In this document: positions 31,507-41,180 of the stretch, piece by piece
How positions within the stretch are numbered: the first letter of the stretch is position 1
Layout: each line of letters starts with the position of its first letter
DNA from: a virus
Length of the DNA: 64,000 nt
Virus record (IMG/VR): IMGVR_UViG_3300042541_002760
Reading direction: 5' to 3' (one strand)
The notes under the pieces: generated by a model
Database searches by the model: none
The model's input: only the letters and a program-made list of their open reading frames with translations
What the model was told of the DNA's origin: nothing
Position numbers and translations under genes: made by a program

Positions 31507-31510
31507 TATA

Positions 31511-32404
31511 TTAATTCCACCATTTGAATAGTCCTTTTGTTTGCTTTGCAGTCCACCCAAACTTATTAATCTTGTCTGTGCTGAGAGAATATCTAAGATC
31601 CTGTCCCCATCTATTGTCAACAAACTGTATTCCTTCTTTCCCCTTTCCGAAAGACTCTAGTAGGTCAAGGGCAACTTCTAAATTGGTCATGTGGTTGTTT
31701 GCGCCAATGTTGAAGACATCGTTCTTTGCGCCACCCTGAATGAGTGTGTAAATTGCAGACACATTGTCCTTTACATAGATCCAATCTCGCACATAAGAGC
31801 CATCTCCATGAAGCGGAATCTTCTTGTTGGTATGAATGCATTCGAGGCTCTTGGGAATCAGTTTTTCAGAATACTGTCGTTCTCCATAATTATTTGAACT
31901 ACGAGTGATTAAATAATTCATACCATATGTTCGATGATAGCCCAAGACAAACATCTCAGCAGCAGCCTTCGATGCAGAGTAAGGATTACTTGGAGTCAGT
32001 TTATCAGACTCTTGGAATGCGCCCTCAGATCGGTCTCCGTAAACCTCATCGGTGCTGATCTGAACAAACAGCGGTCTCTCATGGCTCGGCTTGCCACGAA
32101 GAATCTCAAGTAGATTGTGAACACCAACAACATTACTTTTCAAGAATGGTGTTGTGTCATTGATGGAGTTGTCTACATGAGTCTCAGCAGCAAAATTGAT
32201 CAACACATCACATGATGGGAGATGTGTGATATCGCAGATGTTTTCCGATACATGCTTGTAGTTTGGATTGTCATCAAATGGCAAAACTTCATTTGCACAA
32301 TATGTCATGCAGTCATAGTCGATAATAGAGTCACCATTTTTAAGTGCCAACTCGACAAAATGACTGCCAATAAATCCTCTTCCACCCGTCACAATGAGTT
32401 TCAT
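31511..32404 (-). CDS. rmlB: dTDP-glucose 4,6-dehydratase
   Basis: VTGGRGFIGSHF, FAAETHVDNSI, STDEVYG, PYSASKA, NNYG..Q..EKLIP, RDWIYV. Confidence 0.93.
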   Translation of the reverse strand: MKLIVTGGRGFIGSHFVELALKNGDSIIDYDCMTYCANEVLPFDDNPNYKHVSENICDITHLPSCDVLINFAAETHVDNSINDTTPFLKSNVVGVHNLLEILRGKPSHERPLFVQISTDEVYGDRSEGAFQESDKLTPSNPYSASKAAAEMFVLGYHRTYGMNYLITRSSNNYGERQYSEKLIPKSLECIHTNKKIPLHGDGSYVRDWIYVKDNVSAIYTLIQGGAKNDVFNIGANNHMTNLEVALDLLESFGKGKEGIQFVDNRWGQDLRYSLSTDKINKFGWTAKQTKGLFKWWN

Positions 32405-32414
32405 AATATACCTT

Positions 32415-33245
32415 TCAAAGGGAATTCAAAATACGATCAACTGCTTGCAGTGTATTTATGGATGGAGTATATCCATATGAAAGCAATTTGTCATTATTCA
32501 AACATACAGCAACATACTGCACTACTTTGTGGGAAGCAGGGGTTTCAACCGACTGAATTTCAGAAGTAGATCCCATCTTTTCTTTACTGTATTTGACAAG
32601 TTCCCCTATAGTTACAGGTTGTCTATTGCTGATGTTGACTATTGTGTTTGTTGGTGAGTTGTTGATGCATAAGTGAATAGCCCTACAGGCATCATCCACA
32701 TGCATATAGTCTCTGATGTTTGATCCTTCATCATATAACCTGACAGGCTCATTCTTCTTGAGCAATCCCATCATGTGTTGCAGTGCGTTTTTCTTTGTGG
32801 ATACGCCCCTATCGCCTTCTCCAATGATGTTTGTCATTCGAAGGATTCTGTATTTGAGGTTATATGTATCACAGTAACACATGAGCATTTGTTCTGCTGC
32901 TCGTTTGGTGATTGAATAAAATCCTCTTGGATCGGGATAATCAGATTCCTTGGTGTCCATTGTGGAGTTCATACCATATACAAACCAAGAACTGATAAAA
33001 TTAAAAACTCCATTGGGATTGTTTAATCGAAACGCTTCTAATACATCGATCAATTTGTTGAGGTTTGTATCGATGTCTAGATGTGGTTTTTCAAAAATAT
33101 AGTAGTTGTGTGCTGTGCTGATGAAGTACAAAACATCAGCACTCATGGGATTGTTCTGTTCCCGATCAATTGCAATTGATTCTGTTGGATACATATCCAC
33201 GAATCTACTTCCGATAAAGCCCGATGATCCATATACTGAAAACAT
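32415..33245 (-). CDS. NAD-dependent nucleotide-sugar epimerase/dehydratase
   Basis: GSSGFIG, SSWFVYG, YSITK, RDYMHVDD. Confidence 0.85.
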   Translation of the reverse strand: MFSVYGSSGFIGSRFVDMYPTESIAIDREQNNPMSADVLYFISTAHNYYIFEKPHLDIDTNLNKLIDVLEAFRLNNPNGVFNFISSWFVYGMNSTMDTKESDYPDPRGFYSITKRAAEQMLMCYCDTYNLKYRILRMTNIIGEGDRGVSTKKNALQHMMGLLKKNEPVRLYDEGSNIRDYMHVDDACRAIHLCINNSPTNTIVNISNRQPVTIGELVKYSKEKMGSTSEIQSVETPASHKVVQYVAVCLNNDKLLSYGYTPSINTLQAVDRILNSL

Positions 33246-33258
33246 GATTGCCTTCCTC

Positions 33259-34050
33259 TTATAACTTATCGATGTTGTTTCTGAACCAAGTTTCGCCTGG
33301 ATACATGTCGGGAGTATCCATTCCTTCTCTCATTTTTTGAGGAGAATTTCCATATACTCCGCATGCATTATTGGTTCCATTAGGATCAATATCCATCTTT
33401 TGACCAAATTGAAACTCTTTATTGTATGCACTATATTTGGTTCCACTATGAGTTCTTGTATTCTTTCCAGGTTGACAATCGTTGTCGGTGTTACTCAATA
33501 ACTTCGGAGTACCAAAGTTTCTCATATGGCGATTGAATTTTCTCTGAAATCTCCACATCCAATCCCCATCCTCTTCTCCAAATCCAATAAGTCTCTCGTC
33601 AAAATATCCAACACGATTCTTGTCTGTCACATCCTTACGATAGATGCAGAAGTGACCCCAATGCGTATTAATTCGAAATGATTCATCCCCCAAATTATGA
33701 TTGTGTTCTAATATCTTTTCAAAGTCATCAAAGAACCCATCCGTAAACGATATATCATCACTCAATACCAAGGTATAGTCGTTACTTGTATAATTGATTG
33801 ATGTGTTCCACATGAACGAACATCCACGCATGAAAGGGGACATCACTAAAAAAGTGTTGGGGAAATTTGAGACATACTGCGTCATTCCCTTTCGATAATT
33901 TTCATCAAATTGCTGATTGTGCTGCCCATTGACAAAGATAACTTTTTCAATATTTGGTCTTTGGCGATGAGCATTTGCAAGAAGAGCCTTGAAGTATGAA
34001 TCAAAACGATATTGATATGTTTGAATTGTGATACTGTATGATGGAATCAT
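33259..34050 (-). CDS. GT-A fold glycosyltransferase
   Basis: WN..I....NDY.LVLSDD; VGYFDER..GFGEEDGD. Confidence 0.7.
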   Translation of the reverse strand: MIPSYSITIQTYQYRFDSYFKALLANAHRQRPNIEKVIFVNGQHNQQFDENYRKGMTQYVSNFPNTFLVMSPFMRGCSFMWNTSINYTSNDYTLVLSDDISFTDGFFDDFEKILEHNHNLGDESFRINTHWGHFCIYRKDVTDKNRVGYFDERLIGFGEEDGDWMWRFQRKFNRHMRNFGTPKLLSNTDNDCQPGKNTRTHSGTKYSAYNKEFQFGQKMDIDPNGTNNACGVYGNSPQKMREGMDTPDMYPGETWFRNNIDKL

Positions 34051-34060
34051 TGTTTATACC

Positions 34061-34786
34061 TTAAATTTTTGTTTGACTGAGAATTTCAATAGCCTGATCT
34101 AAATTGATGTGTCGTTTTCCGTGAAAGCCAAATACTTTTGTTATATCGTTTGGCCCGTCTTCAAGGACAGTTTCCAGTGAAAATTGTTTTGCAAGATTAT
34201 ATGGTGCAAAGGTACATCCATGTTGCTTTAAAAAGTGGCGAATCTCATAACAAATATACCCATCTTCATGGAATGAAGCATTTTTTGAAATTCTATCACG
34301 AATTTTAGCAGGATGTTCAATTTTGTCCATGATAAATTGTGCCAATTTCATTAGTTTTGCAGATCTAATACAGAACCCTCCATTTCCCCCCTCTACTTGA
34401 TTGTTGTAGTATTGGTGTGGATATGTGTTTGCTTCTAATCCCCATGGTGCACCAATATAATCAAAATTTAGAAATTCAGGTTTCCAAAGATGCAAGTTGA
34501 TAGGAAATCCATCGTCATGAATAATCATTGCAAAATCTGTAGTCACATGATTTGGCATAATATCAATTACAACTCCACTATATTCTGCTAAATTCAGAAT
34601 TGGGTCTGTGTGGATGTAATCGGCAAACCCTTCACATTTAGGATCTATATGAGAAAAATACTTAATCCCTCCACCAAATTCAATTTTATCTTTGAAGGTT
34701 TCAAAAATTTTGATATGGTTATCTCTACGATTACCCTCAAGAGTTCCATCAAAGCAGACAGCAGTTACGGTAGGTAGTTTAAGCAT
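34061..34786 (-). CDS. DUF5672-like putative glycosyltransferase
   Basis: DDGF......W..EFL.FDYIGAPW, GNGGF.IRS.KL, ED, A.QFS.E, FGFH. Confidence 0.75.
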   Translation of the reverse strand: MLKLPTVTAVCFDGTLEGNRRDNHIKIFETFKDKIEFGGGIKYFSHIDPKCEGFADYIHTDPILNLAEYSGVVIDIMPNHVTTDFAMIIHDDGFPINLHLWKPEFLNFDYIGAPWGLEANTYPHQYYNNQVEGGNGGFCIRSAKLMKLAQFIMDKIEHPAKIRDRISKNASFHEDGYICYEIRHFLKQHGCTFAPYNLAKQFSLETVLEDGPNDITKVFGFHGKRHINLDQAIEILSQTKI

Positions 34787-35715
34787 TATTGATACTCCAA
34801 AGTTGTATATGAAACATTTTGTTCTTCAGACAATTTATTTTTCCAAGCAGCAAGATCGTGTTTGGGTAGATTTGGATCATCAAATACTTTATAAGGAACA
34901 TCGGGATTCATGCATCGAATGACCGCAGAAACTCCACTTCTTCCAAGCACTTGACCATTACACATTGAAAGGATATTCATTTCCCTAACAATATCATATA
35001 GAAGTTTTAATCCAATTGGAAGATTTCTGTGATGATGTAGCGACAAATTGCTTTCACTTCTTTTAACATCCCGAAGGAAAACCAATTTATCTCCAAAAAC
35101 TTGGATTGCTTTGGTTAAGTAACTTGATTCATCAGTCATTAGAAAAATTCGGTCATAATTTTTATCAATCATATAGGTTTTGATTTGTTCTATACGATCT
35201 TCCAGTGATACTGCTTTTCCATGATTCGTTGAATCTGTTCCTCTCAGATGAACGCCAAGAACATTTCCAACCATAACATATTCTTTGTCCTTTTGTATTT
35301 GCTCTTTCATTTCAGCAGACAAAGGCAAAAAGTCTTTGATAATTGGATTGAATTTTCTTGCCCATTTGTCTGAAATAAACAGAGTCTTGTCATCACACAC
35401 TTGCATATATGTAAAAAAAGGAAAAGAATGGGGCAAACTAACAAAAACTGAGTGCTTGCGAGAATGATTAAATTTAACATCTTTGAAAGAATCATCACCA
35501 AAAACTCTTTGCCATGGATCTTCAGATCCATCTAGATACAATGACAATATTCCACGCCGATCAAATTGAAAATCAATTTCATGTCGAACACAATACTCTA
35601 CCAATCCGATAAGGTGGATTAATGTAGATCCAAAGCCAATTGGAGAGTTCTGAAAAACGATTGACTGTATTGAATGGGGGGTGATATAGGAAGTTTTAAA
35701 GGTAGAATTTGTCAT
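34786..35715 (-). CDS. NodZ/O-fucosyltransferase-like GT-B protein
   Basis: GFGS, LGVHLRGTD, IFLMTD, LS.C...L..SGVS motifs. Confidence 0.75.
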   Translation of the reverse strand: MTNSTFKTSYITPHSIQSIVFQNSPIGFGSTLIHLIGLVEYCVRHEIDFQFDRRGILSLYLDGSEDPWQRVFGDDSFKDVKFNHSRKHSVFVSLPHSFPFFTYMQVCDDKTLFISDKWARKFNPIIKDFLPLSAEMKEQIQKDKEYVMVGNVLGVHLRGTDSTNHGKAVSLEDRIEQIKTYMIDKNYDRIFLMTDESSYLTKAIQVFGDKLVFLRDVKRSESNLSLHHHRNLPIGLKLLYDIVREMNILSMCNGQVLGRSGVSAVIRCMNPDVPYKVFDDPNLPKHDLAAWKNKLSEEQNVSYTTLEYQ

Positions 35716-35780
35716 GGTTTTGGGTTCTATGATGTCGGGCTGAGATTAAATCTTTATGGGGTTAAGTTTGTGATATGATA

Positions 35781-36557
35781 TCATAGATGTGTCAATTCCC
35801 CTAAAGGAAATTCAACAAGTTCAATACCCGACAATGCAATCCATGTGCCGTAGTATCGTTCCATGAGACCTCCTGCAAGACGATGCTTTCGTTCAGGATC
35901 AAATTGATCTAAGTTGTTTTTGTCAGCAGCCCATATTACAAATTCCATCATCTTCATGAAATTTACGGTACTGATAACAAAAGCCGAACACAGTGCAATA
36001 GATTTGTTCCTAGTGAAGTCTATATATTTATGGTTCGTTCCATAGAACTTATTATAGTCTGCAATCATTGGGAAATAACAGAGGGGATCTCCTCGAAGTT
36101 TTTGTGGATTTGAAAAATCCATTGCAATGTGATTTGAATTAATTTCAGTAGCCAAATCAATTGGGGCAAAACATACAACCTTTTCGTCTCCTATTTGTTC
36201 TAGATTTTCTTGTAGGTGGGCAAGGAGATTCTCTCCCTTTCTAGAAGTGCATGTATGGTCATATTGTAAAAATCCAACCCAACGACTACCGTTTAGATAG
36301 TTTGGATTTTTCTTAAGGGTATGGTATAGAGAGATCAAAAATTCAGACTCTGCCCAATGCTTCCCCTTATTCACAAACCCAGACATATTACAACACTCAA
36401 TAACTCCTTCACGAATCTTTGGTGATGTTATTTGTGTGGGCATATCGCCAACTTTGACAAAGGTATATGCTACCTCGTTCCCTAGATATTGCTCTTCGTG
36501 TAGGCGAGAATGAAATACGACAAAGAGGGAGCAGTTTTTATTATTTTCAGAGTTCAA
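35781..36557 (-). CDS. Hypothetical glycan-locus protein (possible glycosyltransferase)
   Basis: FVVFH, W.ESE, VGFLQYD, R..G.MER; position within the GT island. Confidence 0.55.
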   Translation of the reverse strand: MNSENNKNCSLFVVFHSRLHEEQYLGNEVAYTFVKVGDMPTQITSPKIREGVIECCNMSGFVNKGKHWAESEFLISLYHTLKKNPNYLNGSRWVGFLQYDHTCTSRKGENLLAHLQENLEQIGDEKVVCFAPIDLATEINSNHIAMDFSNPQKLRGDPLCYFPMIADYNKFYGTNHKYIDFTRNKSIALCSAFVISTVNFMKMMEFVIWAADKNNLDQFDPERKHRLAGGLMERYYGTWIALSGIELVEFPLGELTHL

Positions 36558-36685
36558 TGTTTTTAATTCCTTTATTTCGTATTACAACAATTGCTTCAGC
36601 AGTATCAGTCATATCAGGCTTGCTATCATTTATCACAATAGATGGTTTCATACGATCCCCATGGCTTTTCTACTTTATTAATCAA
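36547..36685 (-). pseudogene. Deletion scar: cupin N-terminus next to a HAD-like C-terminus
   Basis: TTG-INKVEKPWGSYETIYCDK* (mannose-6-P isomerase-like KPWG.Y) overlapping a second frame IVINDSKPDMTDTAEAIVVIRNKGIKNIEL*. Confidence 0.5.
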
Positions 36686-37308
36686 TGGTTACTCCAAGGA
36701 GCAGTTACTGATGTGGTAGTACTTGACCATCTGTATATGTGCAGAGGCTTTGGGATTGTAAACTGTGTTTTTACTTTTGGCATAACAGAAGCAATAAAGT
36801 TTGCATCCTCACCAAACGATGAATCTCCAAAATCAATAGATCTTAATAGATTAACATTCCAAGCGCACCATATCCACGGTGGACGGCGGCATGGGATAAA
36901 ATTCCCACTTTTGTCTCTTGGTGTTGTTGGTAATTGGTCAAAAGGATTAATCGGTGCATCAATATCTGTGGTAACAAGATACTCCACATTCTCAATAAAT
37001 GCTTGTTGATTGTAGCAAATAACATCAACATTACTGTTTGCTACAATCGCAGATGTCACATCGTCAATATAACTTGGGGCAAAATCATCATCGTCATCCA
37101 GGAAAGTACAAAACTTTCCTCTCGATATATCTAAGAGTTTCTTTCTTTTGCTTGCAATACTCATGCTCCTATTATCAAGAAGTGAAATTACCTCTACATC
37201 TTTACGAGAACCAATCTGCGTCATTAGGCGAGAAAATAATGGCTCTAGATTCATACGAATACGAGAAGGGATAGATGGGATTGCAATTGTCAGTATAATG
37301 TCACTCAT
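36682..37308 (-). CDS. Glycosyltransferase family 2
   Basis: LTIAIPS, DN..MSI..KR..LL...RGKF..FLDDDD, GED. Confidence 0.85.
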   Translation of the reverse strand: MSDIILTIAIPSIPSRIRMNLEPLFSRLMTQIGSRKDVEVISLLDNRSMSIASKRKKLLDISRGKFCTFLDDDDDFAPSYIDDVTSAIVANSNVDVICYNQQAFIENVEYLVTTDIDAPINPFDQLPTTPRDKSGNFIPCRRPPWIWCAWNVNLLRSIDFGDSSFGEDANFIASVMPKVKTQFTIPKPLHIYRWSSTTTSVTAPWSNH

Positions 37309-37330
37309 TTATTTAATCCATTTCTTTTTG

Positions 37331-38506
37331 TTATTGCTTGTGATTTGTTGTGATAGAGTTTATGATAGAACATGTTAAATGAATATCTTCCTTGGTAATA
37401 TCTGCGTTATTTGGAAGGTATATCCCGTGATCATGGATTCTGTCTGCAAATGGATATTCAAAAAGAGGATTTCCAAATTTTTCATAAAAGAATGGTTGAC
37501 GGTATATATTTCCTGCAATAAGAGGTCTACATTCCACAAGATTACTTGTCAATAGATTGACAATCTCGGATGAATGAGAATGGATGATTGGATATGCAAA
37601 ATTGGAAACAAATTCAAATTTGCTAATATCTATTTTCCACTCATCATTCACAATTAGACTATCATATAACTTTAGATTCTCCCAACGAGTATTGCAAAAT
37701 CTGTCAAGTTTTTTAAGTTGCAATCTTCCGATATATGCTTGTAGATCTGTGGATCGCAGATTGAATCCAGGATAATAGAATGTGTATAAGTTTCTAAAGT
37801 CATCTATGCCATATTTTAGTTGTAGATTTTTTCGGGATACCTCATCTAAATCTCTAGACCAACCATGAGAGCGAATGCTCTTAAAGATGCTGTACAACTC
37901 ATAGTCATCCGTGCAGATGAAGCCACCCTCAATCGTGGAGAAGTGGTGACCATAATAGGTGCTGAACGATGAAGCCAAACCGATGGCACCAGTCTTCTTC
38001 CCACACACGGTCGTACCCACGCTCTCGCACGAGTCCTCCAACAGGATGACACCGTACTTGGTGCAGATCTCCTGTAGCCGCTTCATGTCGTTGGGAAAGC
38101 CTAATGCATGCACAACCATCAGGGCGGCAGGGTTGTCTCGCTTGCAGATCTCCTCGAACTTCTCGGTGTCGATTCCTAGATTGCTATCCGAATCGCAGAG
38201 GATTGGCTCAAGACCTAATTGAATGGCTGGTGCAACGGTAGTGACCCAAGACAGGCATGGGAACACAACCTTCTTGTTCTTCAGCCTGTTCGAAAGAATG
38301 AGACCGTAGAAGATCGCTAGGTTAGCCGAAGAGCCTGAGTTGACGAAGACGGAATACTTGCAGCCAAGCCAATGACTCCATTCCTGTTCAAACTCGACTG
38401 TGTTGATCCCTTTAGTCAGGCGGGGATTGGTGTGTAGCCATGCAATCAGAGACGAGATATCGTCCTGACCAATCGTGTCCCCAACCAAGGTGATTGGCTG
38501 CTTCAT
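37331..38506 (-). CDS. DegT/DnrJ-family PLP enzyme, ColD-like 3-dehydratase
   Basis: FVNSGSSANL, EDSCES.G, SFSTYYGHHFSTIEGG (His at the usual Lys position), RSHGW, GFNLR; start MKQPI. Confidence 0.85.
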   Translation of the reverse strand: MKQPITLVGDTIGQDDISSLIAWLHTNPRLTKGINTVEFEQEWSHWLGCKYSVFVNSGSSANLAIFYGLILSNRLKNKKVVFPCLSWVTTVAPAIQLGLEPILCDSDSNLGIDTEKFEEICKRDNPAALMVVHALGFPNDMKRLQEICTKYGVILLEDSCESVGTTVCGKKTGAIGLASSFSTYYGHHFSTIEGGFICTDDYELYSIFKSIRSHGWSRDLDEVSRKNLQLKYGIDDFRNLYTFYYPGFNLRSTDLQAYIGRLQLKKLDRFCNTRWENLKLYDSLIVNDEWKIDISKFEFVSNFAYPIIHSHSSEIVNLLTSNLVECRPLIAGNIYRQPFFYEKFGNPLFEYPFADRIHDHGIYLPNNADITKEDIHLTCSIINSITTNHKQ

Positions 38507-38510
38507 CGAT

Positions 38511-38873
38511 TCAGTTCCCCCTGTAGATCTTGACGGAATCCTCAACGAGGCTCTTGCCCTTCACGATTGACTCATCGATCATGCGGTTGATTGCCTGAAT
38601 GTACTGAGGACGCTTCTGCTTGAAACAGATGTCGATCTTGCGCTTGAGGGCGGCAACCTCTTCATCGGTCTTGGCGACACCAACCATGTCCTCTAGCAGC
38701 CATGTGCGGATATGGAGGATGCACAGTTTCTCGATCACCTCACCCATGTTGTCTGTGGCGACCAAGTTGTCGGGGAGATCGGGGAGAGTTCTTTTGGAAA
38801 GGGTCTCACGAACCTTCTCGATGATTTTGTTTTCGATTTCGTTTGCGATTGATTGGGTGTTCATAGTGTTCAT
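38511..38873 (-). CDS. Hypothetical protein (DUF4254-like)
   Basis: EKLCILHIRTWLLED...LKRKID...R...IQAI. Confidence 0.55.
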   Translation of the reverse strand: MNTMNTQSIANEIENKIIEKVRETLSKRTLPDLPDNLVATDNMGEVIEKLCILHIRTWLLEDMVGVAKTDEEVAALKRKIDICFKQKRPQYIQAINRMIDESIVKGKSLVEDSVKIYRGN

Positions 38874-39685
38874 CCTTTGATTTCGGCAAGTTCCCTTGTG
38901 ATGATGTTGAAAAGTTTCCTCTCATCGTACTCGGGAACATGAGTAGAGGAGTAGAAGATGTTAGAGCGATAGATCGATAGCGAATTGTACTCTTGTTTCA
39001 CCATGCTGTCAAACCTCATCCCAAAGAATTCGTACAGTCTTCTGATGAAGTCACCAATGTGAACCAAGCGTCCCGAACCAATGATCAGATCCTTACCCTG
39101 CTCCGTGTAGTACATACTTGCATGCACGACCATCTCAGGGTGCAGGAGTTCCCTGTAGTAGTCGATGTCCCCAACGGTGATCTTCTCGCCAGTGAGGATC
39201 GACTTGAACACTTTGCCGAAGAGATACTGATCACCTCTGTGGATGCTGTTGAAGTTGAATGGGTATGCAATCGAAACCTTTGGATACTTCTCTTTGTTCT
39301 GCAACTCTCGGGTGATTACACACTTTGAATTGGTGTAGTGGTTGCTGTGGAAATCGAAAGGCAAATCTAAACATATTTCCCCGTTACATTTATTCCACAA
39401 TTCCGCAGTTGAATAATATATGATTTTATCACTAACATTAGTGAGGCATTGAATAACTTCTTCAACCAAATTCTTGTTAATATTCCAAAATAAATTTTCA
39501 ACAGAATCTTCTTTTGAATTGGCAAGATATGTTCGCTGTTCTGCAAAACATAGAAACACAGTTCCCCATCTTTGTTTTGATAGTTCATCTAGGTTTAAGT
39601 TTCTAGATGAAATTTTTACAAATTCATTGGGAAAATACTGTGATAATTGAGAGGTTTTACCAATGACTAATGAAGGTAAACTCAT
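38870..39685 (-). CDS. SDR-type nucleotide-sugar reductase/epimerase
   Basis: Start MSLPSLVIGKTSQL; YST.E.W, YTNSK (YxxxK), RELLHP, IGSG. Confidence 0.7.
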   Translation of the reverse strand: MSLPSLVIGKTSQLSQYFPNEFVKISSRNLNLDELSKQRWGTVFLCFAEQRTYLANSKEDSVENLFWNINKNLVEEVIQCLTNVSDKIIYYSTAELWNKCNGEICLDLPFDFHSNHYTNSKCVITRELQNKEKYPKVSIAYPFNFNSIHRGDQYLFGKVFKSILTGEKITVGDIDYYRELLHPEMVVHASMYYTEQGKDLIIGSGRLVHIGDFIRRLYEFFGMRFDSMVKQEYNSLSIYRSNIFYSSTHVPEYDERKLFNIITRELAEIKG

Positions 39686-39686
39686 A

Positions 39687-40568
39687 TCAATATTCCACAG
39701 GTTTAGAGAACTGATGATTCTGAATGGCAGATGTAATAATATCCAGCATGTGGGAATGATCATTACTGTGTAATATGTTTGTACTGTTTTCAAACCACCA
39801 AGCATCATTAACATTGTTACAAAAGCAAATAAATTGTTTAGAGTGTGCCGTATTTTTTGTGATTGAAAAAACATAAGGCCCTGAAGACCTACCAACGATT
39901 ACATCGCATTTGGTTCCAATATACGATATCTCATTCATATCAAAGTCTATGGTTGGATCTTTAATGATATCTTGAGCATAAACGATGTTGTCTTTTTTTA
40001 GTATTTCTTCGAGATTGTTTTTGTTTGAAATTATGAAAGTGATATCGGCAAAACGACATGCCAATTGCTCAATCATAGAATTCATAGGATCATTTGGTGC
40101 TTGTGAAGAAGCAACTTTATTGTTGCATAGTAGGACATGTCTCTGTGTGTTGTTTGAGAAATATTTTTGAATATTTTCTATTGAATATTTGCTGTAGTTT
40201 ATCGTGGGAATATAGTGTGTTATTGGTTTGATTTTATCTGCAATACCAAGACCACGATATACCTTTTTCATTACCTCATAGTAAGATGGAAAATTACATC
40301 CATAAAATGGGGAGCAATGGTTTCCTTTGTCATCCCATGAAAATTGTCCTATCCATGCGTTGATTTTTAGATCTGGAGATGTTGGAAGTACATTTAAATC
40401 GGAAATGGTTTTTAAGTTCTCAATATCTGATAGAATTTTTGGATTGTTTCTATGATAATAGTAATAATCATTGTCCCCAAGAATCTGCATCATATCCATA
40501 ACATATGGTCTTGACATGTGAATGTCGCCATTGTGCAATTCATTATAAAACAGTATTGTCTTCTTCAT
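39687..40568 (-). CDS. Hypothetical GT-B-like glycan-locus protein
   Basis: HNGDIH.SR; DMNEISY...CDVIVGRSSGP. Confidence 0.55.
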   Translation of the reverse strand: MKKTILFYNELHNGDIHMSRPYVMDMMQILGDNDYYYYHRNNPKILSDIENLKTISDLNVLPTSPDLKINAWIGQFSWDDKGNHCSPFYGCNFPSYYEVMKKVYRGLGIADKIKPITHYIPTINYSKYSIENIQKYFSNNTQRHVLLCNNKVASSQAPNDPMNSMIEQLACRFADITFIISNKNNLEEILKKDNIVYAQDIIKDPTIDFDMNEISYIGTKCDVIVGRSSGPYVFSITKNTAHSKQFICFCNNVNDAWWFENSTNILHSNDHSHMLDIITSAIQNHQFSKPVEY

Positions 40569-40574
40569 TGTCGA

Positions 40575-41180
40575 TTATCTCACTACTTGGTTGTTGTGGG
40601 TTTCTTCAAAAGTCTTGCGGCAAACATAGTTGTATATCACTCCCTCAATCCATTCTTCTGTTTTCAGAAATGGACGAATGCCCATGGAGAAGACTCTATC
40701 CTCTCCACTGTTTAAAGCAGGGAACTTCACCTGCATGGCAATGCTTCTTCGGACGGCATTCAGGTGGTTGGGAGGGCGGTAATAGACCTTCCCTTCATGA
40801 TCATCTATCCAACGGTCATAGCGCAAGGAATGGATGAACGGGCGACTGTAGCCGTCTGAGAAGACAATCCTGCCCGTGAGTGAGGCACAGTCGGGATTGC
40901 GCGATACTGCTTTGATAATCTTTTCCACATAGTCAGGACTCACAGTATCATCATCATCCACAAAGGAAACATACTCGCCCATGCTCTGTAGCAGTAGCAT
41001 ATTTCGCTTCTGTCCAATGCTCATCTGCCGATCATCGCAAAGAGATAGAATCTCTACTTGACGATTACCGACCTGTTTTGCAATGTCTGCTTTCAGAACA
41101 TCCAATGAGTTCTTTCGTTCATTCAGACTTGGAATAAGAATGGATAGTTTATGGGTTGGTCGCCAAGGCATGGTTAACAA
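40575..41180 (-). CDS. Glycosyltransferase family 2
   Basis: LSILIPS, MSIGQKRN.LL...GEYVSFVDDDD, RPPNH, GED; paralog of 36682-37308. Confidence 0.85.
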   Translation of the reverse strand: MLTMPWRPTHKLSILIPSLNERKNSLDVLKADIAKQVGNRQVEILSLCDDRQMSIGQKRNMLLLQSMGEYVSFVDDDDTVSPDYVEKIIKAVSRNPDCASLTGRIVFSDGYSRPFIHSLRYDRWIDDHEGKVYYRPPNHLNAVRRSIAMQVKFPALNSGEDRVFSMGIRPFLKTEEWIEGVIYNYVCRKTFEETHNNQVVR

